Positions 1-6,478 of a stretch of 64,000 nucleotides of DNA are shown one piece after another. The translations under genes were made by a program, and so were the position numbers. Numbering within the stretch: the first letter of the stretch is position 1; each line of letters starts with the position of its first letter. This DNA comes from a virus. The notes under the pieces were generated by a model. It saw only the letters and a program-made list of their open reading frames with translations, was not told the DNA's origin and did not search any database. The stretch spans positions 1-64,000 of IMG/VR virus record IMGVR_UViG_3300028800_000004; one strand, 5' to 3'.

Positions 1-111
1 TTTTTTTTTTATTTTGGGGGCTTAATCAGGCCGGAAGGGGAGCAGAGGAACACAGTCCCCTGCCCAGTTATGTACATACCCGCTAGCGTTGCACTAGCAT
101 TACGAAGATGA

Positions 112-222
112 GCCTTGCGGCGGGACTCGACCCCACAACCTTCTCCACTAGGGTCTTCATTTGGGCCATGACTCCAAAGAGAGGACTTGCTGAAGCTGCT
201 CTGCCAATTGAGCTAAGCAAGG
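112..222 (-). ncRNA. tRNA-like gene, 111 nt, expanded anticodon region (CAU-containing hairpin)
   Basis: Minus-strand read: acceptor CCTTGCT/CGCAAGG, D arm GCTC-AATTGGCA-GAGC, T arm GTGGG-GTCGAGT-CCCGC. About 40 extra nt flank a TTGGA-GTCATGG-CCCAA hairpin. No CCA encoded. Confidence 0.4.
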
Positions 223-287
223 ATAAAATTTACCCGATTTGTACTCCCTCGGAGCCGGGGCGGAAGGGTTAGAACCCCTCAAAGTAT

Positions 288-363
288 ACCAGACAACATG
301 CGACACAATAGCTGCCTTTCGGCATTCTTTATGTAAGAGGAAATTGTATCTATCAGTACTGGT
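288..363 (-). ncRNA. Y RNA-like ncRNA (sixth copy of the 31.2-32.1 kb family)
   Basis: Minus-strand read ACCAG-TACTGATA-GATACAA...TGCC-GAAA-GGCA...TTGTGTC-GCATGTTGT-CTGGT matches the arm consensus of the Y-like array. Both helices carry compensatory variants. Confidence 0.5.
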
Positions 364-368
364 AATCT

Positions 369-444
369 TGGCAAACCGAGTAGGATTTGAACCCACACCG
401 TAACGTTTTGGAGACGTACATCATAGCCATTAGACCATCGGAAT
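369..444 (-). tRNA. tRNA-Trp (CCA)
   Basis: Cloverleaf on minus strand: anticodon arm TACGT-CTCCAAA-ACGTT, variable ACGGT, T arm GTGGG-TTCAAAT-CCTAC, CCA encoded. Acceptor ATTCCGA/TCGGTTT has two U-U mismatches. Confidence 0.6.
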
Positions 445-695
445 GTTAGTGGCTTCTGGTTACCCAGCCCGATTTTACGGAAGACCTTGTGATCTAGCTT
501 TCGTCACCACTTAAACTTACCCAGTTTCTCTCGCGGGACTGGGAACCCTAGTGAACGGCAGTAGCGACTGCGCGGAGCCTGACGAACTAAACTTAGTGGC
601 CTATGAACGCTCTTTGCTTTAAGCTACACCCGTCCACTTAAGGGCGGGAGAAGAGGCGCAAATCTCTTTATCCTTCATGGAACCACTTACAAACT

Positions 696-767
696 TGGCT
701 GGGGCGGCAGGAATTGAACCTACGCCTTAGGTCTTTAGGACCTACGAACTATTTATTCTACGCCCCA
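696..767 (-). tRNA. tRNA-like, anticodon undetermined (loop CCUAAAG, C33)
   Basis: Acceptor TGGGGCG/CGCCCCA, T arm GTAGG-TTCAATT-CCTGC, CCA encoded. D arm is reduced (GAA/TTC) and anticodon arm TAGGT-CCTAAAG-ACCTA lacks U33. Confidence 0.4.
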
Positions 768-771
768 ATGG

Positions 772-843
772 AGCGCGGAGTGGGACTCGAACCCACGACA
801 AGCCGGAGTAGAATCGGCTGCTCTACCACTGAGCTACCCGCGC
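772..843 (-). tRNA. suppressor-type tRNA, anticodon CUA (reads UAG)
   Basis: 72-nt canonical cloverleaf: GCGCGGG TA GCTC-AGTGGTA-GAGC A GCCGA-TTCTACT-CCGGC TTGTC GTGGG-TTCGAGT-CCCAC TCCGCGC. Loop UU-CUA-CU. A31-C39 mismatch and C37 are unusual. Confidence 0.6.
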
Positions 844-847
844 AAAC

Positions 848-1090
848 TTATTGCGAACTTTCTGGAGTCCTCCAGAGCGGGTAATGTCTTAACAACTCTC
901 TTTGTTCTTCTCTAAGTGGAAGGGTAACAACCCCGCCAATCTTAAAGTCAAAGTCATTGTCTTCGAAAGCAACGTGTGGTATCTCGTTATCTTTCAGATA
1001 CTTAATTACATCTTGGAGTCCCTGACTATCGGGTACTCCTATCAAGACTATATAAGGGGGTTCCCCCTCATGTGCATACTCAGCCGACAT
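848..1090 (-). CDS. hypothetical protein embedded in tRNA cluster
   Basis: 80-aa ORF on the same strand as the flanking tRNAs. The IVLIGVP...IPHVAFEDND pattern only weakly recalls the C-terminal half of PTH2-type peptidyl-tRNA hydrolases (inference). Confidence 0.45.
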   Translation of the reverse strand: MSAEYAHEGEPPYIVLIGVPDSQGLQDVIKYLKDNEIPHVAFEDNDFDFKIGGVVTLPLREEQRELLRHYPLWRTPESSQ

Positions 1091-1188
1091 ATCAAATGTC
1101 GCATGGTTAGTCTGGATGATCTGCTGGGCAAGACTTATATCTTGCCGTACGAAAATATAGAAATACTTAATCTACGTCATTTTTCCTT

Positions 1189-1263
1189 TGGTGGATCGGG
1201 AGAGATTCGAACTCTCAACTTCCGGGTGCAAGCCGGGTGTTTTCCCATTAGAACTACCAACCC
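1189..1263 (-). tRNA. tRNA-Ala (UGC)
   Basis: Cloverleaf with anticodon loop CTTGCAC, G3-U70 identity pair in acceptor GGGTTGG/CCGATCC, T arm GAGAG-TTCGAAT-CTCTC, CCA encoded. Confidence 0.85.
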
Positions 1264-1269
1264 TAAGTT

Positions 1270-1345
1270 TGGTCGGGGCGGTAGGACTTGAACCTACATG
1301 ATGACTCGACTCCAGATCGAGAGGCTTACTTTAGCCCACACCCCG
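1270..1345 (-). tRNA. tRNA-Pro (UGG)
   Basis: Acceptor CGGGGTG/CGCCCCG, D arm GGCT-AAAGTA-AGCC, anticodon arm CTCGA-TCTGGAG-TCGAG, T arm GTAGG-TTCAAGT-CCTAC, CCA encoded. C33 and a 7-nt variable loop are atypical. Confidence 0.6.
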
Positions 1346-1421
1346 TTGGGGCACAGGCCCCCGTCTACGCTTTCGGCGCGGCGGGTGCTGGACGGTCGAT
1401 GTTTTTGTAAGTCATAATACC

Positions 1422-1431
1422 ATTATACCAC
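1422..1431 (-). promoter_or_regulatory. extended -10 promoter (TGGTATAATGG) upstream of tRNA cluster
   Basis: Minus-strand read gtgTGGTATAATGG sits about 75 nt upstream of tRNA-Pro. The same 11-mer occurs at the 4074 operon start. Confidence 0.35.
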
Positions 1432-1434
1432 ACT

Positions 1435-1638
1435 TTACGGGCGGCGGGGGTTTTCAGGCCAAACTATTTTAATTTGGGTCTTAGTAGCCACTTCCTCTAT
1501 CCGAAGTGATAGCTTGTCTTGGTTCAGGTCGTACATTGCGAGGGCTTCGTCAAAAAAATCAAAGTACCTCTCCTGTAACGGAACTTGGCATCCCGCCCAG
1601 CATACAATGTATTTTACTTTGATAAACGTTTCTCTCAC
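1435..1638 (-). CDS. hypothetical protein
   Basis: 67-aa ORF. GTG start overlaps the upstream stop (GTGA). Confidence 0.45.
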   Translation of the reverse strand: MRETFIKVKYIVCWAGCQVPLQERYFDFFDEALAMYDLNQDKLSLRIEEVATKTQIKIVWPENPRRP

Positions 1639-1811
1639 TTGTTGGTCTGTTTTTGTTTCTTAAAAGAAGGCCACGGTTTGTGGCTAATGGCTCCCGATTG
1701 GTCTTCGCCAGAGGAGGCGGGGCCGTCAGTGGTGTCTTTGTAGGCTTCCCCAAAGATATCTCGGAGTAGTTTCTCGTCGGCAGTTATCTCTTCTTCTTTG
1801 TCATAGCTCAT
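1635..1811 (-). CDS. hypothetical small protein (58 aa)
   Basis: Below the ORF-track cutoff. ATG at 1811 overlaps the stop of 1808..2212 (ATGA) and its own stop overlaps the next start, a coupled chain. Confidence 0.4.
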   Translation of the reverse strand: MSYDKEEEITADEKLLRDIFGEAYKDTTDGPASSGEDQSGAISHKPWPSFKKQKQTNK

Positions 1812-2212
1812 ATCAGTAAATCCAATGCTCCCATCGCCGCTACCCTACGAATCTGCTTCTTGAACTTAGCTCCGTGTCCGGGGTAAGGGCTGATGTAAAT
1901 GTGTATTGCCTCGTGGATGATGGTCTGTTTGGTCAGAATAGAATGGAACACAGCGGTTCCTCGGTCAAGAATGATACTCTGTACCCCGTTCTCATCTATA
2001 CCTACTATACCATATTCCCCGGCATCCAGCCAGTTCTCGTCCTCTTCTGCTGCGCCCTGAGATAACGAGGTGATCTTCAGAAGGGGGGCGGTGAGTACCC
2101 GCGTCGGCGCTAACTCTCCGTAGAAATAAAGCTTGTTAACCCTGTCAAAATACCTTTGGTATCTTAGGTTTGGACGGCATCCCTTAATCGTTCTGTTCTG
2201 AATCTTTACCAT
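1808..2212 (-). CDS. SprT-like zinc metalloprotease
   Basis: HEAIH (HExxH) motif followed by GHGAKFKK, the typical SprT-like layout. Confidence 0.65.
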   Translation of the reverse strand: MVKIQNRTIKGCRPNLRYQRYFDRVNKLYFYGELAPTRVLTAPLLKITSLSQGAAEEDENWLDAGEYGIVGIDENGVQSIILDRGTAVFHSILTKQTIIHEAIHIYISPYPGHGAKFKKQIRRVAAMGALDLLI

Positions 2213-2402
2213 CCAATTTACGGAATCCTATAAGTGTTTCGAGCATTCTAATTCTGACTTCGAAGTCGCTGATTATGTTGTACAGGCTGCGGGAAGACTC
2301 CGCCGTCATATTGTCCGACGTTACAATCGCGTAATAAATGCAACTGTCACAGTGTACAAATCCCGGCTTAGCCTCCCGTTCTGGGTGGGCTAAACACTTC
2401 AT
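2184..2402 (-). CDS. hypothetical protein
   Basis: 72-aa ORF in operon register. Contains a Cys/His pair (CLAHP...HCDSC). Confidence 0.45.
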   Translation of the reverse strand: MKCLAHPEREAKPGFVHCDSCIYYAIVTSDNMTAESSRSLYNIISDFEVRIRMLETLIGFRKLDGKDSEQND

Positions 2403-2794
2403 GGCTTAACGATACCCACAACTTGCTGTCCGTTGTCCCTGATCTGGATCGAATCATCCCATCCGTGGGCCTTACGAATCTTGTCTAAAGTCTTGGCAAA
2501 AGAGGACTTACGGTTCTTGTTAATCACTTTCAGTTGCTTCTTAATCGCCGCTTCCTGCTCTTTAGCCAACTGCAAACGAATCTCTAGCTGCTCCTGTGGG
2601 GTCAAAGGAACTTGAATCTCCGTCGGCTTAGGAGGCTCTGCTTTGGGAGCTTCCACCGGCTTAGAGGGTTCCTCGGGTCTGAGTTGGGGCGGCTGTACCT
2701 GCCGCTGAGGCGCGGGAGGGGGGACAGCCTTACTGGCCTCCTCTGAAAAAGAAGGACCCGTGAACAGTAAAATTCCTAGTAAAATTTTAATCAT
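2399..2794 (-). CDS. secreted proline-rich protein
   Basis: N-terminal hydrophobic signal MIKILLGILLFTGPSFS, then PPPAPQRQVQPP / EPPKP repeats. Confidence 0.6.
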   Translation of the reverse strand: MIKILLGILLFTGPSFSEEASKAVPPPAPQRQVQPPQLRPEEPSKPVEAPKAEPPKPTEIQVPLTPQEQLEIRLQLAKEQEAAIKKQLKVINKNRKSSFAKTLDKIRKAHGWDDSIQIRDNGQQVVGIVKP

Positions 2795-2816
2795 AATGTA
2801 TTATAACACCTTTAGG

Positions 2817-3143
2817 TTAGGGAGTCAAGTACTCTATCTTGAGATTCTCTTCCCTCATTTGTTCGTCAACTGCCCGATCTACTTCTCGGAGCTTGCCGAG
2901 TCTTCGTAGGGTTTCGACTTTATGCCACGCTTTGAACTCCGGAGTTTCAGCACATTTTCTAAAAGCTTCTTGCTTATTCCGGAACTGATCTCTACCGTCA
3001 CGGTGTTCCGCCCTTGCACCAGATTCGGGATGTATGCACCTGACTCCATTCTGTTTAGCGTTACGATGTTGACCCCCCTTGCCCCCCGTGCAGAACGTCT
3101 GGAACTCGAAGTCCTTCGCTGTCAGGCTGAATAACAGTGTCAT
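2817..3143 (-). CDS. class I release factor-like GGQ domain protein (ArfB/PrfH-like)
   Basis: TGGKGGQHRNAKQNGVRCIHPESG matches the RF-1 domain GGQ loop (SGPGGQNVNK..V...H.P.G). 108 aa with a basic C-terminal tail. GGAG 7 nt before the ATG. Confidence 0.75.
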   Translation of the reverse strand: MTLLFSLTAKDFEFQTFCTGGKGGQHRNAKQNGVRCIHPESGARAEHRDGRDQFRNKQEAFRKCAETPEFKAWHKVETLRRLGKLREVDRAVDEQMREENLKIEYLTP

Positions 3144-3330
3144 TGGTTAACTCCTCTACCACGGCCTTTACCCGTGCCTCTTCTTTTGTTTTTATGTCGT
3201 GTAGCTCTTGGGCCATCGCCAAAATCTCCCCCGAAGTCGCCAAACTCCACGGGCAACAAGTAGGCCAAATAGCTGATTTCTTTAGACTTGACTCGTCAAT
3301 TATCTGCTGCAATCTCTGTTTAGTTACCAT
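3061..3330 (-). CDS. hypothetical protein
   Basis: 89-aa ORF. Its last 83 nt overlap the GGQ gene in another frame. Confidence 0.4.
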   Translation of the reverse strand: MVTKQRLQQIIDESSLKKSAIWPTCCPWSLATSGEILAMAQELHDIKTKEEARVKAVVEELTNDTVIQPDSEGLRVPDVLHGGQGGSTS

Positions 3331-3535
3331 TCTTTCCCTCCCAGTAAAATGTATCGAAGTGGTGCTCTACATACCCAGACTCCATCAACGGGTTCGGGTC
3401 CGGAACAGGAACATACTCTACCCTTACCGCCAAGATTTTATTGAACCCACTCCACGCCCGTACCGCTTGCCAGAACCTAAGCTCCGGGTGCTCTTGGCAA
3501 AACTTCACGAAATCCTCTAACTCCGCATTCACCAT
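3320..3535 (-). CDS. hypothetical protein
   Basis: 71-aa ORF. Start overlaps the upstream stop (ATGGTGA). Confidence 0.5.
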   Translation of the reverse strand: MVNAELEDFVKFCQEHPELRFWQAVRAWSGFNKILAVRVEYVPVPDPNPLMESGYVEHHFDTFYWEGKNGN

Positions 3536-3640
3536 CCCAAACCTTTACCAACCGCTTCCCCGGCAGCACCCGATATAAGGGCAATAATCACAATCGCCCC
3601 GATAACCAGCCCCGCCCCCAGCCCAATCAAAAACCACATT
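3530..3640 (-). CDS. small hydrophobic peptide (36 aa)
   Basis: MWFLIGLGAGLVIGAIVIIALISGAAGEAVGKGLGW, a single TM segment. Its stop overlaps the next start. Confidence 0.4.
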
Positions 3641-3947
3641 AAAACCATCCCTTCGAGGGCAAGAAAGGCAGGTTCTTAATCCCCGACGCCCTATCTTCCC
3701 TCACCCCTTGTATCTCTGTTACCACCAGAAGCCTATCCTCCCGGTTCTCGGGATCAGCAAGTTTGATAGTGCCCTTGCCCTCCCACGTCAACTTTTTATA
3801 ATACAAATCCGTTGCTTCTCGTATTGTACCATAAAACACAAACTTACCATACCCGTAGCTAGGAAACTCCAGAATCCAGTATTCCGGCTTCGGGTCGTCC
3901 AACTGAAGAAAGCTCACCCGGTGAACCCCCGTACCCAAAATGTCCAC
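3639..3947 (-). CDS. hypothetical protein
   Basis: 102-aa ORF with a GTG start. Overlaps the upstream ORF by 89 nt. Confidence 0.5.
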   Translation of the reverse strand: MDILGTGVHRVSFLQLDDPKPEYWILEFPSYGYGKFVFYGTIREATDLYYKKLTWEGKGTIKLADPENREDRLLVVTEIQGVREDRASGIKNLPFLPSKGWF

Positions 3948-4074
3948 TGGAAGTATATTTCCAGATCGTCATACTCGGAGAGGTTTCCCCATCATAGTAT
4001 TGTGCGCCAACCTGTACTGCAATAGAATTGTCTGGGTTTAGGTGGTCTTGGCCGCAAACTAAGCATCGAATCAT
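3859..4074 (-). CDS. hypothetical protein (CxxC N-terminus), first gene of minus operon
   Basis: 71-aa ORF. Its ATG lies 5 nt after a TGGTATAAT element. Confidence 0.4.
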   Translation of the reverse strand: MIRCLVCGQDHLNPDNSIAVQVGAQYYDGETSPSMTIWKYTSSGHFGYGGSPGELSSVGRPEAGILDSGVS

Positions 4075-4079
4075 ACTCC

Positions 4080-4109
4080 ATTATACCACGGATTCGCCTT
4101 TGTTGTCTA
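4080..4109 (-). promoter_or_regulatory. sigma70-like promoter, extended -10, possibly leaderless
   Basis: Minus-strand read TAGACA-N18-(TGG)TATAAT-GGAGT-ATG. The -10 ends 5 nt before the start codon at 4074. Confidence 0.45.
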
Positions 4110-4491
4110 ACTGATTGATTGTAAAGGGGTTAGCACAAGGGAGAAGTGTGGGGAGTCAGGTCAGGTCAAGCTCGCGTGCCGAGGTGCAGGGGGGCTTCCC
4201 AGTACCCCCACAAGCCAAAAGAGTACCCTACAGTACCTTAACTCCAATCCAATCAAATAGATGGCACACCATAGACTATCATCTATCGCTCTATGTACTA
4301 TCACATGGCAATCCCTCCTATACTCTGGTATCGAATCACTCATATATCGGACCAATTCTCAGCACTTGCGCGACAATTGCGCGTAACTCGTTTAAAATCA
4401 GTTGCATTTAGGAACTCGTCACGCGGTGTCGTATTGGATGCGTCTCAAACAGGTAAAATTTACATACTTATAACTCAAGTCAAATCAACAC

Positions 4492-4528
4492 CTTGCGACA
4501 CTTGCGACACTTGCGACACCTTGCGACC
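4492..4528. repeat. four tandem TTGCGAC(A/C)C iteron-like repeats (period 9-10 nt)
   Basis: TTGCGAC at 4493, 4502, 4511 and 4521. Related TTGCGCG copies at about 4366 and 4377. Confidence 0.8.
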
Positions 4529-4592
4529 CCAGTCCGACTGCCGATGTGGAAAACGCCGCAATCCACTCATTCTAAACGATTTATTTTTTCTC

Positions 4593-4622
4593 TTGACACG
4601 TTTTTGCCTTTTCCTGTAGTCT
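4593..4622 (+). promoter_or_regulatory. sigma70-like promoter
   Basis: TTGACA (4593-4598), N18, TAGTCT. Preceded by a T-rich tract, a degenerate TAAACGATTTAT box and TGTGGAAAAC (4545-4554). Confidence 0.4.
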
Positions 4623-4690
4623 CGTTTCAGCCGCAATTGAACGCGGCAATTCTGGTACGCTTCCCAACTGAAAGCAAGGAGAATCACCAC

Positions 4691-5101
4691 ATGGCCAATA
4701 TGATCGCACCGAAGAACATGCAAGAGGCATTAGCGTTAATTGAACAAATGCGGAAAGAGGCTGAGGAACGGAACTCTGCCAAAGTCACTGTGAAAATGGC
4801 CGATTATGGCGCTGGTACCATCTCCCTGTATGGTATCAATCGCTTTCCACTGTCGGTTTATCCCTCGCAGATTGCCACGCTGAAAGCCGCTATCCCGGAC
4901 ATGGAAGCTTTTGCGGCGAAGTATTCCAATGAGCTTCGTTGTGCCGCGTATGCTGCTGACTTCGCAAAAAAGTCAGGCGCGAAATGGCCGTCCAATGCGA
5001 AAGAAGACGACCCATCCGTCGTGGCATATAAGGCGAAGTATACCGAAGGGTACGCGCAAGCCATGAAGGATGCCACTCTGGTATCGTCTAAGGCGAAGTA
5101 A
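4691..5101 (+). CDS. hypothetical protein
   Basis: 136 aa from the ATG preceded by AAGGAGAATCACCAC. A terminator follows. Confidence 0.7.
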   Translation: MANMIAPKNMQEALALIEQMRKEAEERNSAKVTVKMADYGAGTISLYGINRFPLSVYPSQIATLKAAIPDMEAFAAKYSNELRCAAYAADFAKKSGAKWPSNAKEDDPSVVAYKAKYTEGYAQAMKDATLVSSKAK

Positions 5102-5120
5102 CCCAACTGTTTTCCCTTTT

Positions 5121-5151
5121 CCCCTAGGCTTTGGCCTAGGGGTTTTTTTTT
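5121..5151 (+). terminator. rho-independent terminator
   Basis: CCCCTAGGC-TTTG-GCCTAGGGG followed by T9. Confidence 0.85.
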
Positions 5152-5211
5152 GCCTCTAAAACTTCGTCTGTGCAAGTTCGCCCCCGCGCTGCGATATGCA
5201 TTCCCGGCCAA

Positions 5212-5225
5212 GTAAAGCGATTTAT
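5212..5225. promoter_or_regulatory. operator-like palindrome, degenerate copy
   Basis: GTAAAGCGATTTAT, related to GTAAATCGATTTAC. Confidence 0.4.
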
Positions 5226-5272
5226 AAACTGCCGATGACGGGTCGGTGTAGGGGAATACACCGGAAAATTAG

Positions 5273-5286
5273 GTAAATCGATTTAC
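5273..5286. promoter_or_regulatory. operator-like perfect 14-bp palindrome GTAAATCGATTTAC
   Basis: Perfect palindrome that recurs in six intergenic positions. Confidence 0.55.
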
Positions 5287-5437
5287 CTTCGAGGGGACTG
5301 GTAACTGGTATCGGGTAACCTTGCGGCTGGTTACTTACCATGTCCATTCTGCCAGAGTCGAGTAGACTGCCATGCCGTGTGTGGGGTAGTAGTGCAGGTA
5401 GTCATGCCGTGGCGCGGCGAACTGTGGAAAACGCGCA

Positions 5438-5451
5438 GTAAATCGCTTTAC
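5438..5451. promoter_or_regulatory. operator-like palindrome GTAAATCGCTTTAC
   Basis: Lies 20 nt upstream of the -35 of the 5471 promoter and 6 nt after TGTGGAAAAC (5423-5432). Confidence 0.5.
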
Positions 5452-5470
5452 TCGCGGGTGAAAATTTTTG

Positions 5471-5499
5471 TTGACGCGCTCGGTTTCGCGGTGTATGAT
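5471..5499 (+). promoter_or_regulatory. sigma70-like early promoter with UP-like AAAATTTTT
   Basis: TTGACG-N17-TATGAT, with AAAATTTTTG directly upstream. Confidence 0.65.
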
Positions 5500-5529
5500 C
5501 GATTCCGGAAGTGGAGAGAGAGGGGTTAC

Positions 5530-5733
5530 ATGGTAGGTAAGCGCAATTACCCGAGGTTGTACTCATTGCACGAGGTTAGGCGGGTTGGGAGGAAGGTGTC
5601 CTATATCCGTGTGAGTGATGCTGGTATGCCGGTTCAGCAGGCGCGTAGGTATTGGCAGAACTCGTTGTTGAGTTACTTCATGGGTGGGAAGGTGGAGTAT
5701 TCCCTTCGGCCAGTAAAGGCGTCTCAGCCATGA
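5530..5733 (+). CDS. hypothetical protein
   Basis: 67 aa from the ATG after GGAGAGAGAGGGG, downstream of the promoter. The upstream part of the tracked ORF covers the promoter. Confidence 0.55.
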   Translation: MVGKRNYPRLYSLHEVRRVGRKVSYIRVSDAGMPVQQARRYWQNSLLSYFMGGKVEYSLRPVKASQP

Positions 5734-6101
5734 CAGACTTGGATTACTTCTCTGTCCAGCCTGATATGCCGGTAGGGAAGAAGAAAGCATTACCAAGAGC
5801 TTATGCCTATGTGCCTGCGCGTGGGTTGGGGAGAGTTTTTAGACCTACCCAGAAGGTGAACTTGCTGGGTAACATGGTATTGCCCATATATCACCCGAGA
5901 TTAGTTCCTTGGGGGTATTGTAAGACTGCCACTATGTCAATGGCCAAGCATAGCTATCTGGAGAGAAATCAGAAGTTGGCTGTCAAGGTGTGCAAGGCTA
6001 TGGGCTGGAAGGACACTGAGAAAGAACAGCGGCAAAGGAGGATGGATGCTTATCACGATGCCAGTAACCACAATCGTGTCCCTGATGCAGCGCAAGTCTA
6101 A
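5730..6101 (+). CDS. hypothetical protein
   Basis: 123 aa. ATG overlaps the previous stop (ATGA). Confidence 0.55.
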   Translation: MTDLDYFSVQPDMPVGKKKALPRAYAYVPARGLGRVFRPTQKVNLLGNMVLPIYHPRLVPWGYCKTATMSMAKHSYLERNQKLAVKVCKAMGWKDTEKEQRQRRMDAYHDASNHNRVPDAAQV

Positions 6102-6243
6102 GAGGATCAATGAGTTGCGTAGTGGTGACTCAGTGGATCGTATCTCTGCCGACAAGCTGCAACATGAATACAACGAGCTAGCACTGGCGTTATTCGCCGG
6201 AAAGCAGGTTCAAGTTGACTCGCACAACTCTCATTCAGGCTAA
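6046..6243 (+). CDS. hypothetical protein (start uncertain)
   Basis: 65-aa ORF. An internal ATG near 6085 would reduce the overlap. Confidence 0.35.
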   Translation: MLITMPVTTIVSLMQRKSKRINELRSGDSVDRISADKLQHEYNELALALFAGKQVQVDSHNSHSG

Positions 6244-6478
6244 CAATGGATTCCACACGTCTCACAAACCAGTGATTCGGTTTGTGTCTAGGCGTACGCA
6301 TAACCACTTCCAACCCAGCAAGTATGCGCTGGTAACGTTCCGGTCTGGTAAGCTGGAGCGTGTGGATTACAAGGACGCTGCTGAGTTCCACGCCCATGTC
6401 GAGGCAGTAAAGGCGAAGGTGAAGCACTTCCATCAGCGGATTGGTAAGCAGGCCGGGTGCCAGTGTGGATACTGTTAA
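6215..6478 (+). CDS. hypothetical protein (non-ATG start)
   Basis: 87-aa ORF ending in CQCGYC. Confidence 0.35.
   Translation: MTRTTLIQANNGFHTSHKPVIRFVSRRTHNHFQPSKYALVTFRSGKLERVDYKDAAEFHAHVEAVKAKVKHFHQRIGKQAGCQCGYC

Noticed and set aside
1-110. T10 run and G-rich segment at the window start as a terminator or ncRNA
   Set aside because: Only 3-bp pairings precede the T/A run, and the element is truncated by the window edge, so it cannot be judged.
225-287. Possible additional tRNA (GAGGG-GTTCTAA-CCCTT T arm-like hairpin)
   Set aside because: No complementary acceptor strand or D arm could be found on either strand. It may be a processing hairpin or a terminator remnant.
2817-3330. prfB-style programmed +1 frameshift into the GGQ gene
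   Set aside because: The GGQ ORF has its own ATG preceded by GGAG at 7 nt. There is no in-frame stop or slippery CUU-U context at the junction.
4115-4619. ORFs 4115..4411, 4161..4355 and 4293..4619 in the divergent control region
   Set aside because: They have no RBS, overlap one another, and cover iterons and promoter elements.
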